Positions 1 to 9,063 of a stretch of DNA of 13,751 nt are shown here, in pieces. Position 1 is the stretch's first letter, and each line of letters begins with the position of its first letter. The position numbers were made by a program, and so were the translations under genes. The notes below the pieces were generated by a model, which was not told the DNA's origin, ran no database searches, and saw only the letters and a program-made list of their open reading frames with translations. The stretch comes from Archangium sp. (GTDB taxonomy: Bacteria > Myxococcota > Myxococcia > Myxococcales > Myxococcaceae). The stretch is from the NCBI GenBank assembly GCA_031367385.1, contig JANLPS010000294.1, positions 1 through 13,751 of the forward strand, given 5' to 3'.

Positions 1-2487
1 GCCATCGAAGCCCTGTTCGGGCGCCATGCGATAGCCCGCCGAGGTGTACCCATACACCTGGGTCTTCGACAGCCGCACGCCAGCGGGGTCGAGCAGGCCA
101 CCGTCGGTCGCGACCCGAGCGGCGTACATGTGAAACCACGGGTCATTCGGGTTGCCCGTGGGGTCATAGACGCGATACGCGACAACGAACTGCTCACCAT
201 TGAAGCTGACCGAAGGAAAATCGGCGTAGCTCGACCCGCCGGAGACGCCTGGGTACACATCGAGCGGAGGGCCGCTGACCGGCACGCGAATGCCTCGGGC
301 CTTCGAGTCGACTTGAAAAACGACGAAGTAGACGCCCTTGCCATACGCGACCGCGGTGACGACGTCAGACGCGCCGGAGATCAACGTGAGCGGCGGCGCA
401 TCGAGCATCGCGCCGGTGGCATCGAGGCGAGCGGCCTGAATCAGCGCGTTGGCTGGCCAGACGCCATAATCTTCGTACCAGGCCAACAGATACCCGGTGC
501 CGTCTGACGCGATGCTGGGGGTGCGCGCGTGCCGAGAGCTGGTCATCGGGGCTCCGCAGGGGGTGACGACGTGCCCGTTGGCGAGCACCCGGGTGCCGCG
601 CAGGTCGGAGTAGCCCGAAGAACCGTCCTCGCCCTCATCCCACACGACGAAGAAGTCACCAGCGGTGGTGGCGGCGATGCGAGGCACTCCGTGCTGGCCG
701 GCGCTCCCGCACAGCTCGATGCCATCGGGGTCGAGCACGGTGCCGTTGAGATCGACGCGCGTGGCCCAGAGCTGCGCATAGTCACTCGATCGGTAGTCGA
801 ACCAGGTGACCAGATACGCATTCGGCCCGCGCGCGATCGACGGCCAATTCTGACGGCTCTTGGCCTCGTCGACGAAGACCAATGGCGCGAGCGGAGTGGT
901 GTCTTTGATGCGCAGCGCTTTCAGCGTGAAGCCCCGGCTGCTCTCGAGCGTGACGAGGCAGCCGTCGCCGCTGCAGCCTGCGCCTCCGTTGGGCACGACG
1001 CCCAAGCTCGCTTGTACGAGCGCTCCCAGGCCGTCTTGTTGGGCGCCGCTCGAGGGTACCCGGTTGACCCACAGGTCGTACCTGCCGTTGACCGACGACG
1101 CGGTGAACCAGCTGACCTGGTACGCGGGGCCGGTCTGCGAGACGCGAAGGTTGGTCGCCGGTGCGTTCGCCGAGAGCAGCATCGGCGTGGCATCGAGGAG
1201 CCCTCCGTCAGCATCGAGCCGAGCAGCGGAGACGCCGTTCGGGCCGTCCCACGACACGAGCCATGACGGGCCTGCGCTGGCCACATCGACCTCGTGTTGG
1301 TCGGTTCTGGGGCCGGGGCCGACGGTCAAGGCGGGGGCTCCCACGCGCTGGCCTTGAGGGGTCACCCGTCGTGCGAGCACGCCGTTTCGGGTGCTCCAGG
1401 CGACCAAGAATGATTCGCCATTGAACGCCACCCGGGGAGGCCCGTTGTTGAAGTTGCTGGTGAGCGCGAGGGTCGAGCCGATGGGCGCGAGGGCGCCATT
1501 GAACACCTGGGCCTGCACGTCGCCGAGTGGGTAATCCGTCCACGTGACGAGGGAGATACCCGCGTCGCTCGAGGCGAGGTCGAGCGGGGTCTGGTTCAGC
1601 GTGCCGTGGGCGATGATCGCGCCGTTGAGAGAGCCCAGTACCTGGCCCCCGCGGCTGACCCGGTTGCCGTAGATGTACCCATTCTGGCTGTAGGCAGTCA
1701 CGACGAAGTTGGTGCCGTCGAACGAGACGCTGGGCCGCGAGGCGGTCGAGGTGTCGAGAATGCGAAACCCAGCCGTATCGAGCACCGTGCCATCGGGTGA
1801 AACGCGAGCGCCATCGACGCCGAAGAGCGGGCTGCCGATGTCGCGGTTGTCGACCCAGATCACGAGGTAGTTGGTGCCATCGAAGGCGACGTCGGCGTCG
1901 TCGGCGCGCCAATCGGTCTGGCCGGGCACCATGGTGTTGAGGCCGAAGCGCACGCTGACGATCGGGTCGATCACCGCCGGCCAGGCCGAGCTCGCCACGG
2001 TCGCGGCATCGACCACGAGGAGCAGATCCGCGCTGGAATCGGCCCGAACCTGCATCGGCGTTCGCTTGCCGCGAGCGTCGACCCAGGTGGCTTCGCCGTA
2101 GGTGAGCTCGGCACTCGAGGCGTTGGCCCTGAAGCGATGGGCTCCGTCGGCCGTGCCCACCGAGCGGGCGCCGTGCACGCGGAGCCTGACCTCGAGGTCA
2201 CCGTCTCCGGCAGGCCGGGTCTCGAAGCGGTAAGCGTGCTCGAGGCCTTCGGGGGTGGTGGTGAGCTGCTCGATTGCTCCAGCGCGTTGAACCTGAAGGC
2301 GGCCCTCTGCGTCGAGCTCCGCGCGACTCGCAGCCCCGAGCGAGACGGTCTCGATCGAGATGCCGCTGTTCGAAAAGCGCACCTGGCCGGCGGTGAAGGT
2401 GACTCCGGTGGGCGCCTCGACGCGCGGAGGTTTGGAGCAAGCGACGAGAGACAACCCGACAACGACGGTGACTCCAAAGCGCGCCAT
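1..2487 (-). CDS. Large secreted lipoprotein with tandem ~50-aa beta-propeller-like repeats (partial; 3' end lies beyond the window start)
   Basis: Absent from the ORF track because it has no stop inside the window. Manual translation from ATG 2487 gives MARFGVTVVVGLSLVAC-SKPP (lipobox LVAC), an N-terminal domain ending SSAWPAVIDP, then repeats such as DVAFDGTNYLVIWVD..GARVSPDGTVLD and PSIARGPNAYLVTWFD..ATRVDLNGTVLDPDG. The frame is open to position 1 (...MAPEQGFDG). An alternative in-frame ATG is at 2541. Confidence 0.88.
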   Translation of the reverse strand, partial: MARFGVTVVVGLSLVACSKPPRVEAPTGVTFTAGQVRFSNSGISIETVSLGAASRAELDAEGRLQVQRAGAIEQLTTTPEGLEHAYRFETRPAGDGDLEVRLRVHGARSVGTADGAHRFRANASSAELTYGEATWVDARGKRTPMQVRADSSADLLLVVDAATVASSAWPAVIDPIVSVRFGLNTMVPGQTDWRADDADVAFDGTNYLVIWVDNRDIGSPLFGVDGARVSPDGTVLDTAGFRILDTSTASRPSVSFDGTNFVVTAYSQNGYIYGNRVSRGGQVLGSLNGAIIAHGTLNQTPLDLASSDAGISLVTWTDYPLGDVQAQVFNGALAPIGSTLALTSNFNNGPPRVAFNGESFLVAWSTRNGVLARRVTPQGQRVGAPALTVGPGPRTDQHEVDVASAGPSWLVSWDGPNGVSAARLDADGGLLDATPMLLSANAPATNLRVSQTGPAYQVSWFTASSVNGRYDLWVNRVPSSGAQQDGLGALVQASLGVVPNGGAGCSGDGCLVTLESSRGFTLKALRIKDTTPLAPLVFVDEAKSRQNWPSIARGPNAYLVTWFDYRSSDYAQLWATRVDLNGTVLDPDGIELCGSAGQHGVPRIAATTAGDFFVVWDEGEDGSSGYSDLRGTRVLANGHVVTPCGAPMTSSRHARTPSIASDGTGYLLAWYEDYGVWPANALIQAARLDATGAMLDAPPLTLISGASDVVTAVAYGKGVYFVVFQVDSKARGIRVPVSGPPLDVYPGVSGGSSYADFPSVSFNGEQFVVAYRVYDPTGNPNDPWFHMYAARVATDGGLLDPAGVRLSKTQVYGYTSAGYRMAPEQGFDG

Positions 2488-2603
2488 GGCGGCTCTTGAG
2501 TGGCCCGCTCGTGCGCATTTTTTGAAGGCGACCAGAAGCATGGTGCATCAACCCGCGAGGCCTGCCCGGAGCGAAGCTCGCCCGATCGAGGCATGTCGTT
2601 CTG

Positions 2604-2616
2604 TAACTGGCTGATA
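2604..2616 (-). promoter_or_regulatory. IHF-like binding site in the divergent promoter region
   Basis: The minus strand reads TATCAGCCAGTTA, matching WATCARNNNNTTR. It sits in the only AT-rich patch of the 2488-2683 intergenic region, next to TAAAAT (2625-2630, + strand). Confidence 0.4.
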
Positions 2617-2683
2617 TTGCGCGTTAAAATCGCCCGGGTGGGTGAAGTTGCCGCTCAGGCCGAGCACAGGGTAGTGCTGACGC

Positions 2684-4624
2684 ATGCCGTCTCCGTTGGT
2701 GCAGCTCAAGGTTCACTCGGCGAAGAAGCCGCAGTACCCGTTTCTGCCAACGACGAAGGCCGATCTCGACGCCCGCGGGTGGGACAGCGTCGACATCGTG
2801 ATCATCTCTGGCGACGCGCACGTCGATCACCCGGCGTTCGGGCCGGTGCTGATCGCCCGCTTTCTCGAGGGCCGCGGGTTTCGAGTGGGGCTCATCGCGC
2901 AGCCTGACTGGCAATCGGCCGAGCCGTTCAAGGCGCTGGGCAAGCCGAACCTCTTCTTCGGAGTGGCGGCGGGCAACCTCGACTCGATGTTGAACCGGCT
3001 GACCTCGCAAAAGAAGAACCGCAGCGAAGATCAATACAGCCCCGGGGGCCGCACCGGGTGCCGCCCCGACCGCGCCACCATCGTCTACGCGAACCGCTGC
3101 CGCGAGGCCTACCCCGGAGTGCCCATCGTCTTGGGTGGCATCGAAGCTTCGCTCCGCCGCATCGCGCATTACGACTACTGGAGCGACAAGGTGCGCCGCT
3201 CGATTCTGCTCGACGCCAAGGCCGACCTGCTGGTCTTCGGTATGGGCGAGCGCCCGGTCTGGGAGATCGCCAGCCGCCTGAAGAAGGGCGAGCGCCTTCA
3301 AGACCTCACCGACATTCGCGGCACCGCCTTCTTGATCTCAGACGATGAGATGAAACGCCACGAAGCTGACCCCGCCAAGCGCGCGGCCGATCAGAAGACG
3401 GTGGTGCTGCCGAGCTTCGAAGAGGTGTCGGTCGACAAGGTGGCCTTCGCGCGCATGTCGCGTGATTTTCAACTCGAGACGAACCCCGGTAACGCGAGGG
3501 CGATCGCTCAGCGGCACGGAGCGCGAGGCGTCTTCTACAACCGCCCGGCCAAGCCCCTCGAAGACGGTGAAGGCGACCTGACCGCGGGCCGAGACACCGT
3601 CGCGATGGACGAGATGTACGACCTCCCATTCAACCGGGCGCCGCACCCGATGTACGGCGACGAGCGAATACCCGCGTTCGAGACGGTCAAGCACTCGGTG
3701 GTGCTGATGCGAGGCTGCTTCGGCGGCTGCACGTTCTGCTCGATCACCGAGCACGAAGGCCGGGTGATTCAGAGCCGGTCAGAGGCCAGCGTCTTGCGCG
3801 AGATTCGCGAGCTGCGCCGCATGGGCGATTTTCGCGGCACGGTCACTGATTTGGGCGGCCCGACCGCCAACATGTACAAGCTCAAGTGCAAGTCAGAGGC
3901 GATCGAGTCGAAGTGCCGCAAGCTCTCGTGCGTGCACCCCGGCGTCTGCGAGAACCTGCAGACCGACCACGGGCCGCTGATTCATCTGATGAAAGAGGTG
4001 CGCAAAGAAGAGGGCATCAAGCACGTCTTCATCGCCTCGGGCGTTCGCTACGACCTCGCCGAGCTCTCACCCGAGTACGTGACCGAGCTCGCCGCGCATC
4101 ACACCGGCGGGCAACTGTCGGTCGCGCCCGAGCACGTCAGCAAGCGGGTGCTCGACAAGATGAAGAAGCCTGGCATCGAGAGCTACGAGCGGTTTCAGAC
4201 GATGTTCGCGTGCGCGAGCAAAGACGCGGGCAAAGAGCAGTACGACATTCCCTATTTCATTTCGGGGCACCCCGGGTCGGGGCTCGAAGACATGGTTGAG
4301 CTGGCGGTGTGGCTCAAGAAGACCGGGCGGCGGCCGCGGCAGGTGCAAGATTTCATTCCGACTCCGATGTCGGTGGCGGCGGCGATGTACTTCACCGGCA
4401 TCGACCCGCTCAAGATGGAGCCCGTGTACACCGCGCGCGGCCTCAAAGAGAAACGGCTGCAGAAGGCGCTGCTGTTGTACTGGAACCCCGAGCACTGGGA
4501 CGACGCGCGCGAGGCGCTGCAACAGGCGGGGCGGGCAGATCTGATCGGCCGCGGCCCGTTGGCGCTGGTGCCGCCCGAGAGCGCCGCCGAGCGAGACCGC
4601 CGCCGAGCGCGCGTAGAACACTGA
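2684..4624 (+). CDS. ygiQ: YgiQ family (UPF0313) radical SAM protein
   Basis: 646 aa. Family N-terminal motifs [37 protein letters not shown] and [23 protein letters not shown]. Radical SAM CxxxCxxC ([10 protein letters not shown]) at 3716-3739, plus [26 protein letters not shown] and [10 protein letters not shown]. Confidence 0.95.
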   Translation: MPSPLVQLKVHSAKKPQYPFLPTTKADLDARGWDSVDIVIISGDAHVDHPAFGPVLIARFLEGRGFRVGLIAQPDWQSAEPFKALGKPNLFFGVAAGNLDSMLNRLTSQKKNRSEDQYSPGGRTGCRPDRATIVYANRCREAYPGVPIVLGGIEASLRRIAHYDYWSDKVRRSILLDAKADLLVFGMGERPVWEIASRLKKGERLQDLTDIRGTAFLISDDEMKRHEADPAKRAADQKTVVLPSFEEVSVDKVAFARMSRDFQLETNPGNARAIAQRHGARGVFYNRPAKPLEDGEGDLTAGRDTVAMDEMYDLPFNRAPHPMYGDERIPAFETVKHSVVLMRGCFGGCTFCSITEHEGRVIQSRSEASVLREIRELRRMGDFRGTVTDLGGPTANMYKLKCKSEAIESKCRKLSCVHPGVCENLQTDHGPLIHLMKEVRKEEGIKHVFIASGVRYDLAELSPEYVTELAAHHTGGQLSVAPEHVSKRVLDKMKKPGIESYERFQTMFACASKDAGKEQYDIPYFISGHPGSGLEDMVELAVWLKKTGRRPRQVQDFIPTPMSVAAAMYFTGIDPLKMEPVYTARGLKEKRLQKALLLYWNPEHWDDAREALQQAGRADLIGRGPLALVPPESAAERDRRRARVEH

Positions 4625-4640
4625 CGGAGCGGGGTTGCGA

Positions 4641-5405
4641 TCAGCCAGCCCCAGCCAAATCAACCGCCAGCTTCACCACCAACGCGACCACCACACACAG
4701 CACGACGACCCGCACCACCCGGTCGCCGCCCTTGATCGCCAGGTGCGCGCCGATCGTACCGCCCAAGAAATTACTCGCCGCCATCGGCAATGAAATCGCC
4801 CACAGCACCTTGCCAGCCAGCACGAAGACGATCACCGACGCCAGATTCGAAGCGAAATTGACGACCTTGGCGTTCGCCGTCGCCGCCGACAGCGTCACGT
4901 GCAGCACCGTCACGAGCGCGATGATCAAAAACGTGCCCGTGCCTGGCCCGAAGAACCCGTCGTACGCGCCGAGCCCAAGGGCAATCGCGGCCGCTTTCCA
5001 CCCGGCTCCGTGAACTGGCTTGCCCACCTCGCTGACCTTGGGGCGCACCACGGTGACGATCACCCCTGCGACCACCAGCAGCACCAGCACCAGCGGTTTG
5101 AGCACCTTCGGGTCTGCCATCGAGACGAGCGACGCTCCGGCGATGGCTCCGAGAAACCCGAGTGGAAACAGAATCTTCGCCCGCTTCGAGTCAATCGACC
5201 CTGAGCGCCAGAACCGAAACAGGGCGGCTGACGACCCGAACACCGAGGCGCCCTTGTTGGTGCCGAAGACGAACTGAACGGGCACTCCGGCGCCCAGCAG
5301 GGCGGGCACGGTGATCAACCCTCCGCCGCCGGCGATCGCATCGATCACTCCGGCGGCGAAGGCGGCACCACACAACAACGCGAGGTTGACTGCAGAGACC
5401 GGCAC
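4641..5405 (-). CDS. TSUP / sulfite exporter TauE/SafE family membrane protein (YfcA-like)
   Basis: 254 aa, highly hydrophobic, with family motifs AGVIDAIAGGGGLITVP, GTNK, YDGFFGPGTGTF and AKVVNFASN. Confidence 0.92.
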   Translation of the reverse strand: MPVSAVNLALLCGAAFAAGVIDAIAGGGGLITVPALLGAGVPVQFVFGTNKGASVFGSSAALFRFWRSGSIDSKRAKILFPLGFLGAIAGASLVSMADPKVLKPLVLVLLVVAGVIVTVVRPKVSEVGKPVHGAGWKAAAIALGLGAYDGFFGPGTGTFLIIALVTVLHVTLSAATANAKVVNFASNLASVIVFVLAGKVLWAISLPMAASNFLGGTIGAHLAIKGGDRVVRVVVLCVVVALVVKLAVDLAGAG

Positions 5406-5416
5406 CAGGCCACGCC

Positions 5417-5842
5417 TTAGCGCGAACGGCGGTGATGGTGGGCCTGGCGTTCTGCGGCCTGCGCGCTGAGCTTCTCGCGCTGCTCAGGGGTCAGCAGGTT
5501 GTGGAGCTCGATCGCCGCGTCGGCCGCCTTGTGAGCGAAGCCCCGCGCCGAATCGAACTGCGCATCGAGCAGCGCGTGCACCCGGGCCGAGTCGACGGTC
5601 GACGACTTCCACTGCTCGATCAGGCTCTGCCGGGTGGCCAGCCCCTGCTCGACGACGGGCTTCGCATCGGTGAGCAATTGCTTCTCCAATTGCTGCACCC
5701 GTTCTTTCTGGGGGGCGGTCGCGTCGACCTCTTCGAGCGCACGGTCGACCCTCGTTCGAACCATCTTCTCCAGGCGCTCGCCCTTGGCGCCACAGGCGGT
5801 CAGCGACAGCGCAGCCAGCGCAACAACGATGAATTTCGACAT
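5417..5842 (-). CDS. Spy/CpxP (LTXXQ) family periplasmic protein, predicted lipoprotein
   Basis: 141 aa, helical. Signal MSKFIVVALAALSLTAC (lipobox), degenerate first motif ATAPQKERV and C-terminal LLTPEQREKL. GGAG Shine-Dalgarno 8 nt upstream of the ATG. Confidence 0.85.
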   Translation of the reverse strand: MSKFIVVALAALSLTACGAKGERLEKMVRTRVDRALEEVDATAPQKERVQQLEKQLLTDAKPVVEQGLATRQSLIEQWKSSTVDSARVHALLDAQFDSARGFAHKAADAAIELHNLLTPEQREKLSAQAAERQAHHHRRSR

Positions 5843-5931
5843 GATGGGTACTCCGGTTGTTCGCGAACGGAGAATCGTTCGTCGTTGGGCGTGAGAACAC
5901 GTGCCCTGGCCAGAGGTTCTCTCGGTACCCG

Positions 5932-5946
5932 GTAAAGAAGTGTGAA
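5932..5946. promoter_or_regulatory. CpxR/OmpR-family-like direct repeat upstream of the Spy/CpxP gene
   Basis: GTAAA-GAAGT-GTGAA on the + strand, one mismatch to the E. coli CpxR consensus GTAAA-N5-GTAAA, about 90 nt upstream of the Spy/CpxP-like start. Confidence 0.5.
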
Positions 5947-5953
5947 CGCGGCT

Positions 5954-7273
5954 TTAGGGCTTGAGCAGGGTCGACGGCCTGCCGGTGCTGCCGTACTCAC
6001 CCTCGCCGAACGACGACTTCGCGATGCCGAAGAGGGGGAAGAGGTCGACATACATGTCGGCCATGTTGCGGTTCTTGGTCTCGTCGCTCGCGTCGGGGCT
6101 GACCGAGACTTCTTCGCCCAACCGCAGCTCGGGGCCAGCGCTGGCGATCAGCAGCGGCACGTTGCGGCCATCGTGTTGCTTGCCGTCAGACATGTTGCTG
6201 CCGAGCAAGACGACGGTCTCTTCGAGCAAGCCCGCGGCCTTCAAGTCGACGAGCAGCTCGGCCCACAGCCCAACCTGAATGCGGTTGCAGATTTTCAGCT
6301 TTTCCCAGTCTCCGTGCGCATAGGTGTGCTGCGCCTGCGGAGCGGTCACGTCGATCGAATTATCGCCGATGCCCTCGTGGTACATGATGGTCGCCGCGCG
6401 GCTGATGTTGCACTGCAGCGCCCGCACCACGATCTTCTGCATCGAGCGCAGCGAGGCTTGGTAATTCTCTGGGTCAGCCGCCGCGATCGCACCCGCGCTG
6501 CAGGTGTTGGCCTGCATCTTCGCCGTCAGCTCGGCCTCGACCTCTCGAATACCGGTCTCGTACGCGTCCATCTTGGGGCGGTCGGCGCTGCTGATGGTGC
6601 CGCGAAACGACCTGAGCTCACCGACCACTCCGTCGAGCACGCTCTTGCGCCGGTTGAGCAGATACTGAATGTGGGGGTCGGCGACCGAGGTACCGTCTCC
6701 GAAGACCTGGGTGAACATGTCTTGGGGGTTCTGCGTGTTCTGAATCGGGCCGCGCTCGTCTTTCCACGAGATTGAGTTCACGTAGCGAATCGAGATGACC
6801 GAGTCGTGGGCGGCGTCCCACCCGGGTACGGTGTGCCACCCCGCGTGCAAGCTGCGCACCCGGGTCTGCTCGAGGTCAGCGATGTATTGATCGAAGGTCT
6901 TGCCGCACCGCTCGCCGGCGTGAATATCGGGGGCGTTGATCTGCCACGAGCCAACCTCGTTGCACGAGAGAAAGCCGGCGGTCGCGTCCCAGTGAATGTC
7001 GTACTTGTGCTGGGCGCGAAAGCCGCGGGTCACCAACACGTTGTCTTTGAGGCCCCTGTCAGCCAGCACCTTGAGCGCGCCATTGTAGGTCCAGTCTCCA
7101 TTGGCGCCGTTGACCATGTCTGCGACCCCGCTCGGAAAAAAGCAGCCGATGAAGCGCTTCTTCGAAGCCGCCCCGTTCGCGCGGGCGTTGTTGCCGCCCA
7201 ACGTCGACTCGAGCATCGGCATCGCGAGCGAGATGCCGAGCCAGCGCAAGACCCGCCGTCGGGAGTGGCTCAT
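5954..7273 (-). CDS. DUF1552 domain-containing protein (Tat-exported)
   Basis: 439 aa. Tat-like N-terminus MSHSRRRVLRWLGISLAMPMLES, followed by KRFIGCFFPSG, TFDQYIAD, ISW, RRKSVLDGV, DRPKMDAYETGIREVE and LLEETVVLLGSNMSDGKQHDGRNVPLLIA, all typical of DUF1552. Overlaps the upstream gene by ATGA. Confidence 0.9.
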   Translation of the reverse strand: MSHSRRRVLRWLGISLAMPMLESTLGGNNARANGAASKKRFIGCFFPSGVADMVNGANGDWTYNGALKVLADRGLKDNVLVTRGFRAQHKYDIHWDATAGFLSCNEVGSWQINAPDIHAGERCGKTFDQYIADLEQTRVRSLHAGWHTVPGWDAAHDSVISIRYVNSISWKDERGPIQNTQNPQDMFTQVFGDGTSVADPHIQYLLNRRKSVLDGVVGELRSFRGTISSADRPKMDAYETGIREVEAELTAKMQANTCSAGAIAAADPENYQASLRSMQKIVVRALQCNISRAATIMYHEGIGDNSIDVTAPQAQHTYAHGDWEKLKICNRIQVGLWAELLVDLKAAGLLEETVVLLGSNMSDGKQHDGRNVPLLIASAGPELRLGEEVSVSPDASDETKNRNMADMYVDLFPLFGIAKSSFGEGEYGSTGRPSTLLKP

Positions 7274-8958
7274 GGGGTTGCCTCGAGGTGAGAGATTTTT
7301 CGAAAGGCAGTGCTGCGAACGAGGCGCACCACGATTTGTCTGAAGCTCATCGGGTCGCCCGATTCAGAGGTCGTCAGCGAGCTGACCAGGTCTCGGTCGG
7401 CACCGGTGTTGCCGATGACGCGGCCCAGGGCGTGAACGGCGAGCTTCTCACCCGCGCAGCGCTGCACGTCGGGCATGCCAGCGAGCAGCTCGTTGAGCCC
7501 CTCGAAGCCCGCGAAGGGTGACCCGAACATTACCGAGTCGGTCTCGACCCTTCGCCCGTCGGGGTACACCGTGCGCTTCTTGCCGAGCGGGTCGAAGCCC
7601 TCCAGGCCCAGGCCGATGGGGTCCATATACTGGTGGCAGCCGTTGCACGCGGGGCCGGCGTTGTGGTGCATCTGCAAGCGCTCTTTGACCGTCGCGGTCG
7701 CCGGTATCGACATCGACGAAGCGCTGATCAGCGCGGCGAGCTCAGGAGGAGGCAGGGGGATCGCCTTGCACAGCAAGCGCTCTTGCACCCAGCGGCCGCG
7801 GCGAATCGGCGAGGTCTCAGCGGTGCTGTTCGAGGTCAGCTTGAGCACGCTGGCCTGCGCGAGAATGCCCCCGCGCTCTGCGCTGGCCACCCGCTGGAAG
7901 GCGGTGGTGAAGGCCCCTGGTACGCCGTAATGCGTCGCGAGCCTCTGGTTCAGGTAGGTGAAGCGCGGGTTGACGATGGTGTTGGCCGGCAGGTCAGAAG
8001 CGAGAATCTCTCGCAGGGTCAGCCGAGATTCTTGAAACATGGCCTGCTCGAGCGGGTCGGTCGCGGTGGCGAGCTCGCGAAAGCCGAACCATTGGCCGAC
8101 GAAGTTCTCGACGAAGCGGTCGGGGTGGGCAGTGAGCAGGCGCTCGGCGTGTCGGGCGAGCACGTCGGGTGATGAGAGGCTGCCGTCTTTGGCCGCTGCC
8201 CACAGCTCGTCGTCGGGCACGGAGTTGGTCAGAAAGAATGAGAGGCGGCTGGCGAGCTCGTAGGGGGTGAGGTCTCGGTCTCCGACGAACCCGGGAGCGG
8301 GCGCGAGCTCGGCCTTGACCATGAACTGGGGGGCGAGAAACACGGTCGAGAGTGCGGCGCGAACGCCCTCGCCGAGAAGCTCGTTGTCAGTCGAGAAGTT
8401 GCCCCGGGCCAGCGCCACTCCGTCGTCGTAGGCCTTCTTGAGCAGGGCCAGCTCGGCGGCGGCGAGGGGGCGGCGAAAGGCCCGCTCCGCAAGGCGGGTG
8501 ACGATGCTTTGGGCGCACACCGAGTACTCGAGCTGGCTCGGCGAGGCGGCGATGCAGGTCATCACCTTGGTCGAGGTCAGCGCGGCGGCGAGAATCGGCT
8601 CGATGGTGGTCAGGCGATCGCGCACGAGCTTGGTGTCGAAGTTGGCCCACCCGATCGCGTCGAAGCCCGAATACTGGGGAGTCGGCGTCCACGGTTGAAT
8701 GAGCGAGAGGGGCAGCTCGACGCCGATCAGGTCTGAGACCGAGGCGAGGTACTCGCGGTTCGACATGGCCCGCAGCGCGAAAGGGCTCGGCTTGACCAGC
8801 GCGGCGAAGTTGATCGGCCTGATCGGCGCGGGGGCGATGAGATCGGCGCGTGGCCCGGTGCTGCCGCCGCTCAGACCTCCGAAGACTTCACCATCGCAGC
8901 TCGCCAGCAGTGCGATGAGACCGACAGCGGCGACTTTGAACGGCGATCGAGGGGGCAT
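7270..8958 (-). CDS. DUF1592/DUF1588/DUF1595/DUF1587/DUF1585 (PSD/PSCyt) family protein with one CxxCH heme-binding motif, predicted lipoprotein
   Basis: Motifs LRAMSNREYLASVSDLIG, AERAFRRPL, LTPYELASRLSFFLTNSVPDDEL, RGGILAQAS, TSPIRRGRWVQERLLC and ACNGCHQYMDPIGLGLEGFDPLG (CxxCH at 7633-7647). Start placed at ATG 8958 (MPPRSPFKVAAVGLIALLASC, lipobox) rather than the track's 9066, because the extension overlaps the predicted promoter. Confidence 0.9.
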   Translation of the reverse strand: MPPRSPFKVAAVGLIALLASCDGEVFGGLSGGSTGPRADLIAPAPIRPINFAALVKPSPFALRAMSNREYLASVSDLIGVELPLSLIQPWTPTPQYSGFDAIGWANFDTKLVRDRLTTIEPILAAALTSTKVMTCIAASPSQLEYSVCAQSIVTRLAERAFRRPLAAAELALLKKAYDDGVALARGNFSTDNELLGEGVRAALSTVFLAPQFMVKAELAPAPGFVGDRDLTPYELASRLSFFLTNSVPDDELWAAAKDGSLSSPDVLARHAERLLTAHPDRFVENFVGQWFGFRELATATDPLEQAMFQESRLTLREILASDLPANTIVNPRFTYLNQRLATHYGVPGAFTTAFQRVASAERGGILAQASVLKLTSNSTAETSPIRRGRWVQERLLCKAIPLPPPELAALISASSMSIPATATVKERLQMHHNAGPACNGCHQYMDPIGLGLEGFDPLGKKRTVYPDGRRVETDSVMFGSPFAGFEGLNELLAGMPDVQRCAGEKLAVHALGRVIGNTGADRDLVSSLTTSESGDPMSFRQIVVRLVRSTAFRKISHLEATP

Positions 8959-9021
8959 TCGCACAATGTCTTTCCGCGAGGGGCGAGAAACTTTCCCCAG
9001 CGGTTTCGCGCGAGTGCCTAC

Positions 9022-9036
9022 GCAAGCCCTGTGCCC
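9022..9036 (-). promoter_or_regulatory. Sigma54 (-24/-12) promoter for the DUF1592-DUF1552 operon
   Basis: The minus strand reads GGGCAC-AGGGC-TTGC against the consensus TGGCAC-N5-TTGC, with exact GG-N10-GC spacing. It is correctly oriented, 63 nt upstream of ATG 8958. Confidence 0.7.
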
Positions 9037-9063
9037 GGCAAGCCGGAGCCGACGCAGCGGTCG

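Noticed and set aside
130..2614. Numerous ORF-track ORFs (130..507, 529..1266, 860..1357, 1208..1912, 1971..2594, 2137..2499 and others)
   Set aside because: They are antisense or off-frame shadows of the unlisted minus-strand lipoprotein gene. The translations are Arg/Ala/Pro-rich with no motifs, as expected in high-GC DNA.
2608..2622. TGGCTGATATTGCGC as a sigma54 promoter for ygiQ
   Set aside because: TGGC and TTGC are 2 nt too close for the -24/-12 spacing, and the alternative register lacks the conserved flanking bases.
2560..2665. GCCTGCCCGGAGCGAAGCTCG and CGCTCAGGCCGAGC resemble decayed arms of the 9596-9709 repeat
   Set aside because: The matches are short and imperfect, with no clean inverted pairing; they cannot be distinguished from chance in GC-rich DNA without a genome-wide consensus.
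3880..3960. Extra Cys cluster ([21 protein letters not shown]) in the radical SAM protein
   Set aside because: As I recall it is a standard feature of YgiQ-family proteins, not specific to this copy.
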